Virus record (IMG/VR): IMGVR_UViG_3300023214_000534
Location: 1 to 29,307 of that record
Origin: a virus
Taxonomy: Duplodnaviria > Caudoviricetes
Direction: 5' to 3' (one strand)
Length of the DNA stretch: 29,307 bases
Position 1 is the stretch's first letter; each line of letters starts with the position of its first letter. This document shows positions 24,950 to 29,307 of the stretch, piece after piece. A model generated the notes under the pieces. That model saw only the letters and a list, made by a program, of their open reading frames with translations, ran no database searches and was not told where the DNA came from. A program made the translations under genes and the position numbers.

Positions 24950-26551
24950 ATGCCAATGATCCGATTGCGGGGTTTTCTCGGCGAGTTACCCGCGTTGAAT
25001 CCGCACTATCTTAGTGACCGCAATGGGCAGATAGCACAGAATGTTAATCTGCGTAGCGGTTCCTTGCGTTCGTTGCGCGGTTTGCTGTCGTTCCGTGACA
25101 CTACGACTCCCACAACCCCCGAAACCATATTCGCTTATCAAGGTGACTGGCTCGAGTGGAGTGAGCAGGTCGATGTTACTACGTCTCCGGTGCCCAACGA
25201 CGCTGACGAACGTGTGTACTACACAAAAGACCCCGACGGCGCGACCCCCGGGCTTTGGTTCACTGACAAGAGCATTTACAACTCAGGCGGTCCGCCCTTC
25301 CCCGGAACGGAGCACCAGGCGGGTGTGCCCGCCATTGCGTCTGCGCCAACCGCCACGCCCGATGGTAGTGGCTCGCTTGGGGGTTCTCGGTTCTATGTGG
25401 TCACGGCGGTCAACACGTACGACGAGGAGGGCCCACCGAGCCCGACTTCCTCTGAAGTGACGCTGTCAGGCCACGATCACGTAGACCTGTCCTGGTCAGC
25501 GCCTCCTGCCGGCGATTACGCTCCGGTTAGTAAGTACTTCATTTATCGGACAAATTCGCTCGGCACCGCGTTTCAGTTCGTGGGTGAGACTGCATCTACG
25601 TCGTTTGTGGACGACGTGGAGATCTTGCAAGAAGAACTCGAAGCCACTGAGTGGACTGCGCCGCCAACTGATATTCACGGCCTGATTGCTTTGCCGAACG
25701 GCACGCTGGCGGCTTTCCGCCGCAACCAGGTTCTGTTTTCCGAGCCGGGGCTGCCGCATGCGTGGCCGTCGGCTTATCGCTATCCGGTTGATTACGACAT
25801 TGTTGGTCTAGGTGTGATTGACAACGGGGTCATCGTGATGACGGTGGGTCAGCCCGCGCTGTTGCTTGGTGCGCACCCTGGATCTATTCGTGCTGCGAAC
25901 CTCGAAGTGCCGTTTGCGTGCCTGTCTAAGCTGGGCATCGTGCAGATGGGTCGGACCGCAGTAGTCTACCCTTCGGCCAGGGGTCTCGTTCGTGTTACGT
26001 CTGCCGGGGCTCAACTGGTCACCGCGCAGGTCTTCGACACGGAGGACTGGGAAGCTTTGCAGCCCTCCACCGCGCGCGCATTCAATTGGCGTAATCTATA
26101 CGCTTCGTTCTATACGTCGCTCGAAGGCAATCAAGAAGGGTACATCCTCAATCCCGCGTCCCCGACCGACGGCGTCGTCACTGTTTCGGGGTTCTCGTTC
26201 AAAGGCGTGTACGAAGATCCGACTGATGGCGACGTGTTCGTGGCATCGAACGACCGGATTGCTGAGTGGGATGCCGGTAATTTGCAGCAGTTTCGTTGGC
26301 GGTCCAAGCCCTTTGATCAATTGAGCGTTGCTGCCTATACTACTGTGCAGGTCTTCGCAGAAGACTACCCTGTAACGGTCAACGTCTATCGGGAGGGCCG
26401 GATGCAGGCGTCTGTTCGGGTGGGGAGCAAGCAGGCGCGGCGAGTGCCGAATAGCGTGATAGGTCGATCGTACGAGGTTGAGGTGATCGGAAAAACGGAA
26501 GTTTACGAAGTGGTGCTCAGTTCTTCGATGCAGGCTTTGAGGCAAGTCTGA
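24950..26551 (+). CDS. tail nozzle / tubular B (DNA stabilization)-like protein
   Basis: 533-aa beta-rich protein with F.GE.P...P..L, FSEP..P.AWP..Y and WRSK.F motifs and an Fn3-like insert. Confidence 0.65.
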   Translation: MPMIRLRGFLGELPALNPHYLSDRNGQIAQNVNLRSGSLRSLRGLLSFRDTTTPTTPETIFAYQGDWLEWSEQVDVTTSPVPNDADERVYYTKDPDGATPGLWFTDKSIYNSGGPPFPGTEHQAGVPAIASAPTATPDGSGSLGGSRFYVVTAVNTYDEEGPPSPTSSEVTLSGHDHVDLSWSAPPAGDYAPVSKYFIYRTNSLGTAFQFVGETASTSFVDDVEILQEELEATEWTAPPTDIHGLIALPNGTLAAFRRNQVLFSEPGLPHAWPSAYRYPVDYDIVGLGVIDNGVIVMTVGQPALLLGAHPGSIRAANLEVPFACLSKLGIVQMGRTAVVYPSARGLVRVTSAGAQLVTAQVFDTEDWEALQPSTARAFNWRNLYASFYTSLEGNQEGYILNPASPTDGVVTVSGFSFKGVYEDPTDGDVFVASNDRIAEWDAGNLQQFRWRSKPFDQLSVAAYTTVQVFAEDYPVTVNVYREGRMQASVRVGSKQARRVPNSVIGRSYEVEVIGKTEVYEVVLSSSMQALRQV

Positions 26552-26745
26552 TGGCTCGGGAAGATACGTGGGTGATTTGGGACCAAGGCGTTACGTGGCT
26601 CGTTCCGCCCCACGACGGGCAGTTTGTCCTCGGGTCTTTTGACCTGGGCTCAGCACTGTTGGTCATCACTATCACGGAGGCGACCTCTATAGTCAATGGC
26701 GGTCCTCTTCTCAGTTTCTTAGTGGGCGGCGCAAATGAGCTTTGA
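26551..26745 (+). CDS. small hypothetical protein
   Basis: TGATG coupling to the upstream gene. Confidence 0.5.
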   Translation: MAREDTWVIWDQGVTWLVPPHDGQFVLGSFDLGSALLVITITEATSIVNGGPLLSFLVGGANEL

Positions 26746-27058
26746 ACTGATAGACAGCGCAACTGGCTTGCAGGTGCTCATTAAGGCGCCGGCGGAGAGC
26801 CGTGTTTTTCGGATGGACTTCAGCAATAAATTGCGTGGTAATTCCATCGCTTCTGCATCTACACCGGGGCAGATTAACCAGGGCAAGGTTGTTGGTTCTT
26901 TGAACCTTGTACTCGGTTCGCCCAGCGTAGATCGCCATACGGTGGAGTTCACAATTTCTGGCGGCACCGACGCGGAGGCATACATAGTGACACTGCTATG
27001 CACAGACAGCGCCGGGAACACATTGCGCGGCGCTGGCGTCTTGTTCGTGCGTGCGTGA
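26735..27058 (+). CDS. Ig-like virion protein (fibre-tail adaptor-like)
   Basis: K.PAE...F..DFS..L and ISGGT....Y.VT pattern. Confidence 0.6.
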   Translation: MSFELIDSATGLQVLIKAPAESRVFRMDFSNKLRGNSIASASTPGQINQGKVVGSLNLVLGSPSVDRHTVEFTISGGTDAEAYIVTLLCTDSAGNTLRGAGVLFVRA

Positions 27059-27243
27059 TGGGTACTCGCGCGCGAAAAATTAACCTGCCATCGGGGCTTC
27101 CCGTTCAGGTGGACACCGAAGACCCTCAGGAACTGCGGCGGGTCATAAATCGTCTGCTGGAAATCATCCAAACCTGGAACGGCGAAAGTGGCGATCCCGG
27201 GGATCGTTTAGTGACCAAGCGAGAATTCGACGCTTCGTCTTAG
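27058..27243 (+). CDS. small virion-module protein
   Basis: TGATG coupling gives a 61-aa product (MGTRARK...GDRLVTKREF). Confidence 0.55.
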   Translation: MGTRARKINLPSGLPVQVDTEDPQELRRVINRLLEIIQTWNGESGDPGDRLVTKREFDASS

Positions 27244-27270
27244 CAGCCCCGTTGTGGTGTTTGCTAGCGT
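27241..27270 (+). promoter_or_regulatory. candidate late promoter
   Basis: TAGCAGCCCC-N14-TAGCGT, 7 nt before ATG 27278. Confidence 0.6.
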
Positions 27271-27277
27271 ACCCTAA

Positions 27278-27730
27278 ATGTCTGTCGAACGAGATTTTTT
27301 GGTTCGGGTACTCTTGGACAACGTCGAGGCCATTCATTTCTGCGAGATGCTCGGCGAGATAAGTCAGGTTTGGGACGACTTGATCGACAAGCGGGCGGGG
27401 CCGACAGACGAGGATATCAACGGGGCTTTTTGGAAAGCACTGATAGCTCTGCCGATGCATCCGTTTTATCGGGAACATCAAGAACTATTAGCCCCGCTCA
27501 TGCAATCTGCTGCGCTTGCGTGGTTTGATTCCAACGAGCTAAGCAGTGGTACGAAGGACGATGCCACGTTAGCGTGGTTTCTGCGCGATATGTTGACCAA
27601 CGTGGTCGTGCATTGCGCGTTGATTGTGGGGGGCTACGATTGGGTCCGTGAGGTTGGGCCTTTGATACGCAAGTTCTTCCACGAAGAAACAATCGGCGAA
27701 TATTTGGTAGAGCACGGATGGGAAGTTTAG
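27278..27730 (+). CDS. helical phage protein with WDDLID (DDxxD) motif
   Basis: 150-aa ORF; WDDLID and LP.HPFY motifs. Confidence 0.7.
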   Translation: MSVERDFLVRVLLDNVEAIHFCEMLGEISQVWDDLIDKRAGPTDEDINGAFWKALIALPMHPFYREHQELLAPLMQSAALAWFDSNELSSGTKDDATLAWFLRDMLTNVVVHCALIVGGYDWVREVGPLIRKFFHEETIGEYLVEHGWEV

Positions 27731-28314
27731 GCGGCGGGTCAGTAGATACCGAACCAACCCAGGCGGAGCGGGAGGGAGCACGCCGTGCCGCAGCGCTGTG
27801 GAATGATTTCGTGGACCGTTTTGCGCCTGTTCAGGACAAGCTTATTGAGCGCATTAGGGTCACGGAAGATGCGCGCAGCGGTGGTCGGGCCGAAGCTGTA
27901 GCTGCTGCGGGCCGGAGGTTCCTCCCCTCCGCTCTACAGGGTAGGAACGCAGCCGGTGGTGTGGCGGCCTCTTCGGGGGCTAATGTACGCGATGTCATTG
28001 CGGAAAACAGCGCCCGGCGCAGAGGTCTGTCCGCTGGAGTTGCCTCCGTCGAGCCCCGGCTCGTGGATCGAGAGCTACGTGGTCGTTTGAGCGTTGCCGC
28101 GTCTGGTCGCGGACTTCGAGATCAGGCCAGCTTGGCTCTGCGACGCCGTGCGCGCGATAGGACTGTGGCGGAGATTAACGAGGCGTTCAACGATCTCGAG
28201 ACGAAGCAAAGCTTTATCTCCGCTGCGTCTACGGGTCTTGGCGCATTCGCTGGTACCAAGGCCTTGTTTGGTAGCGGCAGTAGCGGCAGTAGCGGCGGAG
28301 GCGGTTCTACCTGA
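27718..28314 (+). CDS. putative internal virion / ejection protein
   Basis: Ala/Gly-rich and helical, with a hydrophobic Gly-rich C-terminus; located after the tail genes. Confidence 0.55.
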   Translation: MGSLGGGSVDTEPTQAEREGARRAAALWNDFVDRFAPVQDKLIERIRVTEDARSGGRAEAVAAAGRRFLPSALQGRNAAGGVAASSGANVRDVIAENSARRRGLSAGVASVEPRLVDRELRGRLSVAASGRGLRDQASLALRRRARDRTVAEINEAFNDLETKQSFISAASTGLGAFAGTKALFGSGSSGSSGGGGST

Positions 28315-29006
28315 TGAACTTCACTGGACTTGCTGCGGCGTTTCAGAACGGCCAGATCAGCTTTAACAACGGCCGCGCTACTTTTAAGCCACCCGATTCG
28401 GACGACAACAGCCGGTTTAAGATCAACGAGAGCCGCGCTTCTTCCGATCCCGATCAGGGCTCGGCCAATTTGACGCGCGCTCAGTTCAAGTTCTTCGAGG
28501 AGAAGGTTAAGCCCGAAGAGCAGGTCGCTTTGGATGCCATCCTCGATGATGACTTGGCCAAGGACGTCGGCGATCGATCGGCAGCTGAGGTCAGGGATGT
28601 GTTCTCCGCTACTGAGGGCTCGGAGCGACGGCAGTTGTCTCGTTTCGGCGTTACGCCTACGACCGACCAAAGGAGCAGCATTCGCCGCCGGCGTGGCCTC
28701 GATGAGTCGCTGGCAATTGTGCGGGCTCGGAGCAACACCTCGTCGGTCCTCAACGATTTGCAGGCCGATCTATCGAGGACCGCCCTTCAAATTGGGCGCA
28801 ACATCTCCGGCCAAGCTGCGGGCGAATTGGACGAGGCGGCTGGTTTGCAGCGTGCGCGCGAACAGGCGGAAGATCGCGCCGATGCGCAAGCTATCCAGAA
28901 CACTGTTAGCTCGACTGCGACAGGGGCGGGCATCGGTTTCGCCGTCGGCAAGGTGCCCGGGGCGATCATCGGTGGTGGTATCGGCCTTCTGGCGTCTCTC
29001 TTGTAA
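28314..29006 (+). CDS. putative internal virion / ejection protein with glycine-zipper C-terminus
   Basis: GAGIGFAVGKVPGAIIGGGIGLLASLL tail; TGATG coupling. Confidence 0.6.
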   Translation: MNFTGLAAAFQNGQISFNNGRATFKPPDSDDNSRFKINESRASSDPDQGSANLTRAQFKFFEEKVKPEEQVALDAILDDDLAKDVGDRSAAEVRDVFSATEGSERRQLSRFGVTPTTDQRSSIRRRRGLDESLAIVRARSNTSSVLNDLQADLSRTALQIGRNISGQAAGELDEAAGLQRAREQAEDRADAQAIQNTVSSTATGAGIGFAVGKVPGAIIGGGIGLLASLL

Positions 29007-29024
29007 CGGTTGTAGGTGCTCAGG

Positions 29025-29307
29025 ATGACTACGTTCAATCCAGCAGAAGATTTTCTCCGCGGGCTTTCGCTTACGCAGGGTCTCCGGCGGGACCGCGAGC
29101 GCTTCGAAATGGAGAAGGAAGCGCACGAGCTTGCTATAGAGCGAGATCGGTTCAATTTTCAGGGAGAAAGACTTCAGCGCAGTGTCAATCGCTTGGTTGG
29201 TTTGAGCTTGACCCCTGATGGCAGGGTTGATCCAGATCTAATGACTCGCAGGGCACTTCAAGAGAATGGCCCTCTCGTGAAAAACATCATGTCCACGGCC
29301 GTTTCTG
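29025..29307 (+). CDS. partial gene, probably a large ejection protein
   Basis: Not in the track. ATG 29025 (MTTFNPAEDFLRGLSL...) is open to the window end, with AGGT upstream. Confidence 0.6.
   Translation, partial: MTTFNPAEDFLRGLSLTQGLRRDRERFEMEKEAHELAIERDRFNFQGERLQRSVNRLVGLSLTPDGRVDPDLMTRRALQENGPLVKNIMSTAVS

Overview
A 29.3-kb piece of a tailed dsDNA phage genome with podovirus-type architecture and no bacterial housekeeping genes. The right half (15884 to the end, + strand) is the virion module: TerS, TerL, portal, scaffold, N4-gp56-like major capsid, adaptor/nozzle proteins, an inserted HNH endonuclease and probable ejection proteins. The left half (1-15500, nearly all - strand) holds early and accessory genes. 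The standout is a complete four-gene ubiquitin-like conjugation operon (Ubl, E1/ThiF, JAB protease, E2-like; 972-3990). Its Ubl ends in KG-NA and would need JAB trimming. The left half also has an RLIG1-like RNA ligase, a five-gene paralogue array, an iterated AT-rich origin-like region with an adjacent basic protein gene, and repeat-flanked single-gene cassettes whose products end in SSB-like (I/L)PF tails. A recurring TAGCAGCCCC-N13/14-TAnnn(T/G) motif precedes four late transcription units. All product calls come from motifs and gene order read by eye; no database search was run.
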